Below, one piece after another: positions 9,102-17,996 of a stretch of DNA of 64,000 bases. Origin of the DNA: a virus. The stretch is taken from positions 1 to 64,000 of the IMG/VR virus record IMGVR_UViG_3300028920_000045; one strand, given 5' to 3'. Position 1 is the stretch's first letter, and every line of letters starts with the position of its first letter. The notes beneath the pieces are model-generated. The model ran no database searches and was not told the origin of the DNA. It saw nothing but the letters and a program-made list of their open reading frames with translations. A program made the position numbers and the translations under genes.

Positions 9102-9319
9102 TGGTCACCTCCTGGGGGATAGTTCGGAGCTGCCAGGTTCCCCAGGTTCCCTCTCCCGTGAGAGTCTCCAGGACGGGAGAGGGGATCTCGGGGGTCTTCG
9201 GATACCCGTCGATCCCCGTTTGCGCCTCCTGGGACGGCTCTGGAGGTCCTGGACACCTTCCCGGCCGGTCGTGTACCCCAGAGACGGACCCCGAACTATC
9301 CCCAGGAGGTGACCAGTGG
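9098..9319. repeat. 29/30-bp inverted repeat carrying the RBS and start codon of two divergent genes
   Basis: 9098-9127 is the reverse complement of 9291-9319 (CCGAACTATCCCC(C)AGGAGGTGACCAGTGG) apart from one C. Confidence 0.9.
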
Positions 9320-9900
9320 ACCGACTCCCCCTCTCGTACCGGGCCAAGCTCTACCGGGACACGTTCCCCCAGTTCCCCGACTCCTGGCCCTGGGTCGAGA
9401 CCGGGAGGTGGCTCAATGCGATCTGGGTCACCGGGAACGACTATCGGGGGTCCGGGTATTATGGGTCGTATCCGAGGGGGTACCTCCCCCGGGTCTTGAG
9501 CCTGTTTCCGGACCGGGTCAGGACCCTCCACGTCTTCTCGGGGTCACTCCCTCCTCGACCTGGAGAGGTCAGGGTCGACCTCCTCCCGAACCCCGACGCC
9601 CGAGCCGACGTGAAGGCCGACGCCCGTCACCTCCCGTTCGGTGACCGGACCTTCGACCTGGTCCTGGCCGACCCACCGTACTCGTCCCTGGACGCGGAGA
9701 GGTACGGGACGACCATGCCGAGTCGTCTGGCCGTGGTCCGGGAGATCGCCCGGGTCCTGGAGCCCGGGGGATACCTGGTCTGGCTCGACCTGGTCCGTCC
9801 CATGTACCGGAAGTCCGAACTCGAAGGGGTCGGGTTGATCGGGATCGTTCGGTCGACGAATCATCGGGTCCGTCTTGCGACCATCTTCCGTCGGAGGTGA
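9316..9900 (+). CDS. Small SAM-dependent amino (N6A/N4C-type) DNA methyltransferase
   Basis: YYGSYP, LHVFSGS (motif I-like), DARHLPF, FDLVLADPPY (motif IV), ARVLEPGGYL. Confidence 0.82.
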   Translation: MDRLPLSYRAKLYRDTFPQFPDSWPWVETGRWLNAIWVTGNDYRGSGYYGSYPRGYLPRVLSLFPDRVRTLHVFSGSLPPRPGEVRVDLLPNPDARADVKADARHLPFGDRTFDLVLADPPYSSLDAERYGTTMPSRLAVVREIARVLEPGGYLVWLDLVRPMYRKSELEGVGLIGIVRSTNHRVRLATIFRRR

Positions 9901-9904
9901 CGGG

Positions 9905-10213
9905 GTGACTCTTCTGGTTCGGCAGCTCCTCGACGAACTCCACGACACGGGTCTCCCCGACCGGCTCCTGGTCGTCCGAGCCCTGGGTCCGAGGCACACC
10001 CTCTTCGAGTGGGTCCTCTGGCACCGAGGTCCTGGTCCCGCGTTCCAGTTCGTCGGTCCTCCGTCCAGGACGATCCCCCGATGGGACCCCGACCAGGGAG
10101 CCGGGGGGATCTGGGTCTTCGATCTCTGGGAGGAGGAGTACCGTGGTCCGAAGAACCCTCACCCGGAGTTCTCCTTCCTGGATCTCCTGTCCTGGGTCGA
10201 CGGTGACTTCTAA
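9905..10213 (+). CDS. Hypothetical protein
   Basis: GGAGGT RBS before GTG at 9905. Confidence 0.6.
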   Translation: MTLLVRQLLDELHDTGLPDRLLVVRALGPRHTLFEWVLWHRGPGPAFQFVGPPSRTIPRWDPDQGAGGIWVFDLWEEEYRGPKNPHPEFSFLDLLSWVDGDF

Positions 10214-10254
10214 AAGGTGTCCTTGAGTGCGTGAGACCGTCCAGGACGGACGAT

Positions 10255-10668
10255 CTAGTCTTCCCACGGCCCCCAGGTCCCCGACTCCAGGATCGCCCGA
10301 CAGAGGTCCTCTCGGTTGTACCTCTTGCATCGGGTGAAGTCGATCTGACCGACGGCGTAGAAGGGGACCGAGGGTCCGTCGTACGACATGGTCAGGTCGA
10401 TCACTCGGTCGCCCCATCGGGTCTCGACCCAGGCATGACCGTACCGACAGAACGGAGGGACTCGGAGGACGGGGTCACCGTGGACGACGACCCCGTCCTC
10501 CGGGGCGTGGGGGTGGAGGAGAAGGAACTCGGCCGCGACCTGGTAGCAGTGACCGGGTTCCTTCGTCGTGACCGATGGTCGGACATAGGGTCTCACAGGT
10601 CTCGGCCCCTCTGTCCCCAGGTCCAGAAGATCGACCACCTCCACCCGACGACGACCTGGTCGACGCAC
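10255..10668 (-). CDS. Hypothetical protein, transglutaminase/cysteine-protease-like Cys-His-Asp pattern
   Basis: GHCYQVA...VVVHG...GHAWVE...VIDLT; start uncertain. Confidence 0.6.
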   Translation of the reverse strand: MRRPGRRRVEVVDLLDLGTEGPRPVRPYVRPSVTTKEPGHCYQVAAEFLLLHPHAPEDGVVVHGDPVLRVPPFCRYGHAWVETRWGDRVIDLTMSYDGPSVPFYAVGQIDFTRCKRYNREDLCRAILESGTWGPWED

Positions 10669-10901
10669 CCTCCGAGGGGATAGACGTGACCACCCGTCCT
10701 CTGCTCAAGACAACCCATTGACCGGCACTGGGCGGCGAACCTGGGGAGGTCCGACTTCTTCACCCGGGAGAGGTCGACCTTGACCGTCCCCCACCGATCA
10801 CCGAACCCGCTCTCCTCCTGGAACGTACACCCCAGGTCGACCAGGGCTTCGACGGTGTGCTCCAGGTCCTCGACGTCCTTCCTGGTCAGTTGTCGACTCA
10901 T
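10593..10901 (-). CDS. Hypothetical protein
   Basis: MSRQLTRKD start coupled to upstream stop. Confidence 0.6.
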   Translation of the reverse strand: MSRQLTRKDVEDLEHTVEALVDLGCTFQEESGFGDRWGTVKVDLSRVKKSDLPRFAAQCRSMGCLEQRTGGHVYPLGGCVDQVVVGWRWSIFWTWGQRGRDL

Positions 10902-11071
10902 GAGGCCACCACCTTCCTCCAGGAGTCGACGAACTCGACGGCCTGGTCGGAGGTGTGACAGGTCGCGGACACGACCTCTCCCCACCTCGCGGCTTTTCCC
11001 GGGATCTCGATCCGCTCCTCGACGGTGACGGTCCAGAAGTCACCCGACGTCTCGACGTGGTACCGATACAT
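10898..11071 (-). CDS. Small hypothetical protein (57 aa, below ORF track cutoff)
   Basis: Read manually: GAGGAGG RBS, MYRYHVETSGDFWTVTVEERIEIP...RKVVAS, ATGA overlap with next gene. Confidence 0.7.
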   Translation of the reverse strand: MYRYHVETSGDFWTVTVEERIEIPGKAARWGEVVSATCHTSDQAVEFVDSWRKVVAS

Positions 11072-11107
11072 GGTCTTCCTCCTCGGCTGGTTTGTTCTCG
11101 GTCTCGG

Positions 11108-11485
11108 CTAGGCGACGAGTCGGGCCGTCTCCTCGGCCAGCTCCTCGGCTTCCAGGTCCTCCCAGGACTTGAAAACGACCTTGGCTCTCTTCGCGGGGGT
11201 GTCGAAGTCCATCCGACGCTCATTGACGTGCGACCAGATTCCCCGAGGACCCTGGACCTCGAAGATCCCGGACCGACGAGAACCCAGAGGAGCACCGTTC
11301 TCCCGGGCGATCTGGATCGCCTCTTCGATGTCGGTGTCGGCCGGGAGGTCCACGTTGATCCAGTGGGCGTTGTAGTCGTCGCCGTCCTGGGACCAGTACT
11401 CGTCGAAGGTCATGCCGAGTTTCCGGAGGGTCGAGGTGGTGACCTCACGACGGAAGAAGAACGTCCAGGTCGTGTCCGCGCTCAT
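11108..11485 (-). CDS. Hypothetical early protein
   Basis: GAGAGG RBS; first gene after class 1 promoter. Confidence 0.72.
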   Translation of the reverse strand: MSADTTWTFFFRREVTTSTLRKLGMTFDEYWSQDGDDYNAHWINVDLPADTDIEEAIQIARENGAPLGSRRSGIFEVQGPRGIWSHVNERRMDFDTPAKRAKVVFKSWEDLEAEELAEETARLVA

Positions 11486-11518
11486 TGTGGCCTCTCTCTC
11501 GCTGGGGTTCGTCGTTCT

Positions 11519-11557
11519 CATGCCCCCACGTGTACCAGGTCCCTGTACTCGTGTCAA
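11519..11557 (-). promoter_or_regulatory. Sigma70-like early promoter, class 1
   Basis: A8 tract, TTGACA (11557-11552), 17 nt, TACACG (11534-11529). Confidence 0.78.
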
Positions 11558-11742
11558 CCATTTTTTTTAGACGACTACTTCTAGCCACTGATTACTGGTA
11601 GTTACAAGACCTGCCAGAGAGCTGCCAGAAGGGGTCGGAGGACGAAAAGCGGGACCCCTGCCGGGGGTCCTCGGAGGGTCCGAGTTCGTCGATCTCGACC
11701 AGACCGAGGTCGGAGTCCGAACTATCCGACGGAGGTGGTCGA

Positions 11743-12204
<462 letters not shown>

Positions 12205-12221
12205 GAACGATCCCCACCGGA

Positions 12222-12266
12222 GTCCCCGGGGTGAGTCGAGCCCCTTCCGTCGGCCACCCCGGGGAC
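12222..12266 (+). terminator. Terminator-like hairpin
   Basis: GTCCCCGGGGTG...CACCCCGGGGAC 12-bp stem after stop codon; no clear U tract. Confidence 0.45.
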
Positions 12267-12359
12267 CCGACTCTCTCAACCGAACCCTTGACCCCGACGA
12301 GGTCGATCAGATACAACCGACATCTTGCGACTCCGATGGACGGAGCGGGGAGGTGACCG

Positions 12360-12662
12360 ATGGCAGCTCGGAAGAAGAAGACCAGGGAGAAGACGGGGAA
12401 GGGGAAGTCCCCCCGTCTCCGACGGCAGGAGGTGTCGAAGATCGGGGAGTACGTCTACCGGCAGATCGAGAGACAGGGTGTGACCGCCGCCGCGTTCGCG
12501 GAGTCGGTCGGTCAGTCACCCCAGAACCTCTCGGCCATGCTCCGGACGGCCGACCCACGTCTCTCGACCGTGACCCGGATCGCGGGGTTCTTCGACCAGA
12601 CGACCTCGAAGTTCCTGGCCGTCGTCGAGAGGTGGCACAAGGACAAGAACCGGAAACGGTGA
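12360..12662 (+). CDS. Cro/CI-type (XRE) helix-turn-helix regulator
   Basis: QGVTAAAFAESVGQSPQNLSAML...DPRLSTVTRIAGFF. Confidence 0.85.
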   Translation: MAARKKKTREKTGKGKSPRLRRQEVSKIGEYVYRQIERQGVTAAAFAESVGQSPQNLSAMLRTADPRLSTVTRIAGFFDQTTSKFLAVVERWHKDKNRKR

Positions 12663-12695
12663 CCCGACTCCCAGGACGACCCAGTCCGACAATCC

Positions 12696-12725
12696 TTGAC
12701 CGACTCTCCCTCCCTCTGCTAGGCT
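12696..12725 (+). promoter_or_regulatory. Putative promoter TTGACC-18-TAGGCT with extended -10 TG
   Basis: Same architecture as the 13899 and 63649 elements. Confidence 0.5.
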
Positions 12726-12777
12726 TCGGCCCACCGATACCAAGGGGACGATCCCCCGATTGGAAGGGAGAGAGACA

Positions 12778-13284
12778 ATGACTCTGGAGAGACTGACCCA
12801 GGAGGACCTCGCCGGTTCCGGAGCGGCCGAGGAACACACCGCCGCCCTCAAGTCGAAGGTCAACGCGGCAATCGACCAGGTCAACACGAACTCACCGGTC
12901 GTCGAGACCCTGGACGCCCGGGGTGACCAGGTCGAGATCGACGAGATCGATCTCAAGGACGCGGGGACGACGGACTATTCCGCCGATCTCGGCGGTGACG
13001 GGACGGGTGAGTTCGTCCTGGAGGACGTGATCGTCCAGTGTCTCACCGAGGACACCCTCTCCGGTGACGCCGAGATCACGGTCGGGACCACGGCCCTCGG
13101 GACCGAACTCCTGGCCGCGACCGCCCTGACCGCCCTGGACGCCGTCGGGGACACTTTCAAGATCGCAATCGTTGGTCTGCTCCCGACCGTGGCCGACAAC
13201 GCCACCCTCCACGTCGCCGTCAGCTCGGCCGACTCGGGGACGTCGGGGACGGCGAAGGTCTCCCTCTCGGGACGACGGATCTAG
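12778..13284 (+). CDS. Hypothetical protein, possible capsid decoration/spike protein
   Basis: T/A/G/D-rich beta-strand C-terminal domain (AEITVGTT...TLHVAVS). Confidence 0.6.
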   Translation: MTLERLTQEDLAGSGAAEEHTAALKSKVNAAIDQVNTNSPVVETLDARGDQVEIDEIDLKDAGTTDYSADLGGDGTGEFVLEDVIVQCLTEDTLSGDAEITVGTTALGTELLAATALTALDAVGDTFKIAIVGLLPTVADNATLHVAVSSADSGTSGTAKVSLSGRRI

Positions 13285-13823
13285 TAGAGGTGGCGGGCGG
13301 CGGTCTGGAGGAGTTCCCCCAGTTCGGGGTGTGACTGCTCGAAGGCATCCCCCAGCTCCGACAAGAACCGGGCGACGTCCTGGTCGCCCGGTTCCCCCGC
13401 ATTGAGGTTCCTCAAGCCAACCGTGATCGCGGGCTCCAGGTCCGGGAGGTCCTGGAGTTCGGTGAGCTGCCCGGAGAGGTCCTCGACCTCGGACTCCAGG
13501 CTCTCGATCTTCTTCTCGGCCGTCTCGTACTCGGGCTTGACCAGGTCGAGAACCTTCCGGACGACCGAGGAGGTTGCGGAGGTCGTTCCCGACTTCTGGA
13601 TACGGGTGAGGATCTCGTCGACGTAGACCTTGACCCTTCGGCCGATCTTCCCGGACCCGAGGTCGTCCTGGACCTCCTTCGTGATCGTCTCGAAGATGTC
13701 CTCGTCGTCTTCGCCCTGGAACTCGTCTTCGCCCTGGAACTCGTCTTCGACCAGGTCGACGACTTGGTTCCAGTCCTTGACCTCGACTTCGTCTTCGTCC
13801 TTGTCCTTCGCCTCGTCGACCAT
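13281..13823 (-). CDS. Hypothetical acidic coiled-coil protein
   Basis: GGAGGT RBS; CCGAACTATC motif at 13853-13862; EDEFQG duplication. Confidence 0.72.
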   Translation of the reverse strand: MVDEAKDKDEDEVEVKDWNQVVDLVEDEFQGEDEFQGEDDEDIFETITKEVQDDLGSGKIGRRVKVYVDEILTRIQKSGTTSATSSVVRKVLDLVKPEYETAEKKIESLESEVEDLSGQLTELQDLPDLEPAITVGLRNLNAGEPGDQDVARFLSELGDAFEQSHPELGELLQTAARHLY

Positions 13824-13898
13824 CGGTGACCTCCGTCTCTTTTCGTCTGTCAGATAGTTCGGATCTCGCCCCCCGACAGGGCGAAGTCGCGGAACCTC

Positions 13899-13928
13899 TT
13901 GCGTCTCTTCTTCTTCGGGTGCTATCCT
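13899..13928 (+). promoter_or_regulatory. Putative late-operon promoter TTGCGT-18-TATCCT
   Basis: Extended -10 TGcTATCCT; upstream of the long + strand structural operon. Confidence 0.45.
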
Positions 13929-13987
13929 GCGCCCGTGAAGACGAGGGGAGTTTCGAGTGCGTCTGTCGAGGAGAGAATCCAGGGTCC

Positions 13988-14080
13988 GTGGCGGGTCGAC
14001 CGAGTGTCACGGTATGGGGGGCTCGGAGGCTCCCCCCCCCTCTGACTTCCTGTCCGTGAGGTCGACCCGCCACACCTTTT
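13988..14080 (+). ncRNA. Structured leader or attenuator-like long hairpin
   Basis: 14-bp perfect outer stem 13988-14001/14060-14073, inner stems TCACGG/CCGTGA and G-run/C-run, followed by CCTTTT. Confidence 0.5.
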
Positions 14081-14113
14081 CAGTTCCACGTACCACGTTG
14101 AGGGAGGGCTTCG

Positions 14114-14518
14114 ATGGAAGCGATTGAAACTGCCGGGGCGGTGGCGATTGCACTGGGTCTGATCGAGGTGATCAAGCTACTCGTGAGCAAGCTCGGGAAG
14201 AACGGGAACGCCCCGTCGACTCTCTCTCCCGAGGACCGAGAACTCCTCCGAGAGATGGCGAAAGGAATCCAGGCCCTCGTCGCCGTCCATAACAAGACAG
14301 ACGAGGACGGGATCCCTCTTCACTACACCCCGAGATCTTCCATTCGTATCCAGCAGGACATCGCCAGGACACTCCAGTCCGTGTCGGGAGTACAAAAGGG
14401 GCTTGTCCGGATCGTCCAGGAACTTGCGACCAGGATCTCGGGGTGTCCCTACAACGTACCGGGCCGTGAAGCCACGTCCCCAGGAACGCCCAGTCCGTTG
14501 ACTTCTGCCTCGGAGTAG
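14114..14518 (+). CDS. Hypothetical protein with N-terminal hydrophobic helix (possible holin-like)
   Basis: AGAVAIALGLIEVIKLLV; GGGAGG RBS. Confidence 0.65.
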   Translation: MEAIETAGAVAIALGLIEVIKLLVSKLGKNGNAPSTLSPEDRELLREMAKGIQALVAVHNKTDEDGIPLHYTPRSSIRIQQDIARTLQSVSGVQKGLVRIVQELATRISGCPYNVPGREATSPGTPSPLTSASE

Positions 14519-14541
14519 AGGTCACGTCGACCGGGGGGTCA

Positions 14542-16032
14542 ATGGCGAGACGAACGACAACGGCGAAGAAGAGAAAGACAGCGACCGGAGCTGCCGAGAG
14601 TCGAGACGAACTCCTCCGGGTCGTGACCGAGTACCAGTCTCTCTCGGACGAGATCATCCGACGGGCCGTGATCGACGAGTCCCGATTCGACATCCTCGCC
14701 TCGGAAGTCCTGGGACTTGAGGTCGAGGAGGCGCACCTTGAACTCCTCGCGTTTGCTCTCCAGCACAAGAACTCCCTTCACCTGGCCTTCCGGGGGTGCG
14801 GGAAGACGACGACTCTCACCGTGGTCTATGCCATCGGTCGAATCCTCCAGGACCCCGAACTCCGAATCTTGATCGGTTCCCAGTCCCTCGGGTACGCGAA
14901 GACCATCCTAAAGGAGATCAAGGGACACCTTGAGTCAGAACGGCTAACCGAGGTCTTCGGTGATCAGAGGTCCCCGACGAAATGGGAGGAGACCGAGGCG
15001 ACCGTCCTGGGGAAGACCAAGGTCACGAAGGAGTCTTCGTTCACGGCCCTCGGGTGTGAGGGTCAGCTCACCGGTCGACACTTCGACATAATCCTCGTCG
15101 ACGACCTGGTCTCCGAGACGAACTGTCGGACCAGAGCCCAGAGGGAAAAGGTCAAGACGTTCTTTTACAAGACCCTCGACCCGTGTCTGGAGCCCGGGGG
15201 TGAGAAGAAGGTGATCGGGACGAGGTATCATCCCCTCGATCTGTACGGTCACCTCTGCGACCACGAGTACTCGTCGTCGGCCCAGATCATCCCCGCCCTC
15301 TTCGAGTACGAGGAGGTCGATCCATCGACCGGGAAGATGGTCACCCGGTACGAGTCGTCGGCTCCTGGTCGGTTCCCGGTCTCGTACCTCCTAGAGAAGC
15401 GGGACACGATCCCGACTATTGTCTGGCTCACGCAGTACCAGTGCGAGACGTCGAGGTACCACGGAAGGGTCTTCCGGCCCGAGTTCTTCGAGAGGGAGGG
15501 GTTCTACTTCTCCGGTCCTCTTCCCGAGGGTTCGTTCAAGTACCAAGCTGTCGACCCGGCCGTCACCGAGGACACGGCAAACGACTTCTTCGCCCTCATG
15601 ACCATCGCCGTCGACGGTGACGGAGACGTCTGGGTCGACTCGTACGACAACGTCCGACTTGAGTTCCCGGACCAACCGGATCACTGTATCGACAGATTCG
15701 ACGAGGAGGACCCGATTCGTCTGGGGATCGAGAGCAACGCTTACCAGAAGGCACTCGGTCAAGAGATCCTCCGACGAGCCCCTCACCTCAAGGGAAGGGT
15801 TGTCCCTCTTTTCACCGACCGGGACAAGATGACTCGGGCTCTCAAGTTGACGGCGTACTTCCAGACTGGCAGGATACACCTCCGTCGAGAGCACTCGGAC
15901 TTGGTTGAGCAGCTCCTAGAGTTCCCGGAAGGCGAGCACGATGATCTATTCGACGCCCTCGACTTGGCCGTCCAGCTAGGGACGAGGACCAGGGTCAAGA
16001 GGAAGCGGCGCAAGGAGTTCGGGGTCCTCTAG
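14542..16032 (+). CDS. terL: Terminase large subunit
   Basis: FRGCGKTT (Walker A), TGRHFDIILVDD (Walker B), IGTRYHPLDLY, AVDPA, IESNAYQ, FPEGEHDDLFDAL. Confidence 0.96.
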   Translation: MARRTTTAKKRKTATGAAESRDELLRVVTEYQSLSDEIIRRAVIDESRFDILASEVLGLEVEEAHLELLAFALQHKNSLHLAFRGCGKTTTLTVVYAIGRILQDPELRILIGSQSLGYAKTILKEIKGHLESERLTEVFGDQRSPTKWEETEATVLGKTKVTKESSFTALGCEGQLTGRHFDIILVDDLVSETNCRTRAQREKVKTFFYKTLDPCLEPGGEKKVIGTRYHPLDLYGHLCDHEYSSSAQIIPALFEYEEVDPSTGKMVTRYESSAPGRFPVSYLLEKRDTIPTIVWLTQYQCETSRYHGRVFRPEFFEREGFYFSGPLPEGSFKYQAVDPAVTEDTANDFFALMTIAVDGDGDVWVDSYDNVRLEFPDQPDHCIDRFDEEDPIRLGIESNAYQKALGQEILRRAPHLKGRVVPLFTDRDKMTRALKLTAYFQTGRIHLRREHSDLVEQLLEFPEGEHDDLFDALDLAVQLGTRTRVKRKRRKEFGVL

Positions 16033-16046
16033 GAAGAGAGGTTCTA

Positions 16047-17996
16047 ATGGCGAAGAAGAAGACCCGAGTCCGACCTAGGCTCAAGGTTCTCAAGGCCGAG
16101 TCGGTCGGTTCCTCCCTGTCCGGTCGGACGCCCTCCGAGGCGGCGGCTTCCGCAACGGTCGACATCGGTTCTCACGACGACGGCCGTCAAGTGGTCAAGG
16201 CTCTGGTCGTCGGACCCGACGCGAAGATCGACGGACCCGTGTCGAGGGCGATGGGCGACGACCCGTTCAAGTCTCTCCTCGGGTCGAAGACCATCCTCGC
16301 CCCGCCTCTCGACCCTCGTCTCCTCTCGACGATCTGGGAGCAGAATACGATCCTCGGTCCGTGTATTGCGACCATGATGGTAAACTGCGAGGCCTTCGGG
16401 TACCAGTTCGTCCCGAGGGTTCCGATCACCGAGAAGACCGACCCGAAGGTCCTCCGTCGGATGGACGAGGAGAGGATCATCCTGGACAACTTCTTCCAGA
16501 ACTCGGTGATCGAGGGCGACCTCTCCTTCACCGGTCTCCGGTTGGAAAAGAGGCGGGACCAGGAGTCCGTCGGGTGGGGGTCCTGGGAAGTGATCGAGGG
16601 TCATGACAACGGACCGATCCTCGGGTTCAATTCCCTCCCCGCTCACACCGTTCGGATGTCCCCCCTTCAGGGTGACCGAGTCGCAGTGAAGAAGAAGATC
16701 CTCGTCCGGGGTGAGGACGGGACTCTTCGGTACGTGGACCGGGTCGTCTGGAGACGGTTCCGGAAGTACGTCCAGGTCCGGGGGAGCAAGATGGTCTGGT
16801 TCCGGGAGTTCGGTGACCCCCGGGTTATGGACTATCGGGACGGGGAGTACAAGGACCCGGCCCGGGTCAAGCCGAAGTACCGGGCGACGTCCGTTCTCTT
16901 CTGGCCCCTCAACACGTCGTCGAGGACACCGTACTCCCTCCCCCGGTACGTCGGGAACCTCCTCGGACTCTACGGGTCCAGAGCTGCCGACGAGACGAAC
17001 TTCTTTACCTTCGAGAGCAACAATATCCCGTCGATGATCGTGACGGTCAGCAACGGGATGCTTTCGGACGGTTCGGTCGAGAGGCTCCAGGAGTTCGTCG
17101 AGAAGGCCGTCCAGGGGTCGAGGAACTATTCCCGCTTCCTGATCCTGGAAGCCGAACCCGTCGTCGAGGGGGTGAGGGAACCAGGGAAGGTCGGGATCAG
17201 CGTGGAGAAGATGTCGGACCAGCAGAGGACCGACGCCATGTTCGTCGATTACAAGAAGGGCGGGACCCGGGAGTGCCGAGCTGCCTACCGACTCCCCGAC
17301 ATCTTTTTCGGTGAGGCCCCGGAGGGAGGTGCGGTCGGAGCCATGACCCTCCTCCGGAAGCTGACCGACGAGCAGGTCTTCCACCCGGAGAGGATGTCCT
17401 TCGACGAGCGGATCAACCGAACGGTTCTCCCTCGTCTCGGGGTCGTGTACCTCAAGATGCAGAGCAACACTCCGGAGACCACGGACAATGCCGACCTGAT
17501 CCGTATCCTGGCGATGGCCGAGAAGTCCGGAGGAGTCACCCCCGGGATCGCCCGTGAGTTCCTCGGTCGGGTCGCCGGTCGTGATCTCGGGATGGTCGAG
17601 TCGATCCCGGCCGACGTCCCGTTCTCCCTCCAGGTCGCCTCGGCCCAGAGGAACCAGGGGGACCCGCTCTCTGCGAACTCGGTCCCAGGGACGAACGCCC
17701 TTCGTCGAATGGGGGCCATGACTCGACGAGACCTGGGGATCGAGAAGTCGGCCGAAGTCGACGAGGACACGGTCGAGGGTGAGGTCCTGATCTCCGCTCT
17801 GTCGGCTCTGGCCGAGAAGGTCGAGAACGCCCTGGTCGAGAAGAGGACAGGACCAGGAGGACACCGAGCAGACGGGACAGGACCTCACGGTCGGGGGATG
17901 GGTCCCGGTGGGGGTCGTGGAGACGGGTCCGGTCTCGACGACGACGAGAAGAAAAAACCAGTCAAGAGGCAGCGGCCGAAGAAGATCAAGACGTGA
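16047..17996 (+). CDS. Portal protein (PBSX/XkdE-like)
   Basis: Follows TerL; DQESVGWGSWEV, YSLPRY, FESNNIPSMIVTV, DAMFVDY, YRLPDIFFG, EQVFHPER. Confidence 0.92.
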   Translation: MAKKKTRVRPRLKVLKAESVGSSLSGRTPSEAAASATVDIGSHDDGRQVVKALVVGPDAKIDGPVSRAMGDDPFKSLLGSKTILAPPLDPRLLSTIWEQNTILGPCIATMMVNCEAFGYQFVPRVPITEKTDPKVLRRMDEERIILDNFFQNSVIEGDLSFTGLRLEKRRDQESVGWGSWEVIEGHDNGPILGFNSLPAHTVRMSPLQGDRVAVKKKILVRGEDGTLRYVDRVVWRRFRKYVQVRGSKMVWFREFGDPRVMDYRDGEYKDPARVKPKYRATSVLFWPLNTSSRTPYSLPRYVGNLLGLYGSRAADETNFFTFESNNIPSMIVTVSNGMLSDGSVERLQEFVEKAVQGSRNYSRFLILEAEPVVEGVREPGKVGISVEKMSDQQRTDAMFVDYKKGGTRECRAAYRLPDIFFGEAPEGGAVGAMTLLRKLTDEQVFHPERMSFDERINRTVLPRLGVVYLKMQSNTPETTDNADLIRILAMAEKSGGVTPGIAREFLGRVAGRDLGMVESIPADVPFSLQVASAQRNQGDPLSANSVPGTNALRRMGAMTRRDLGIEKSAEVDEDTVEGEVLISALSALAEKVENALVEKRTGPGGHRADGTGPHGRGMGPGGGRGDGSGLDDDEKKKPVKRQRPKKIKT

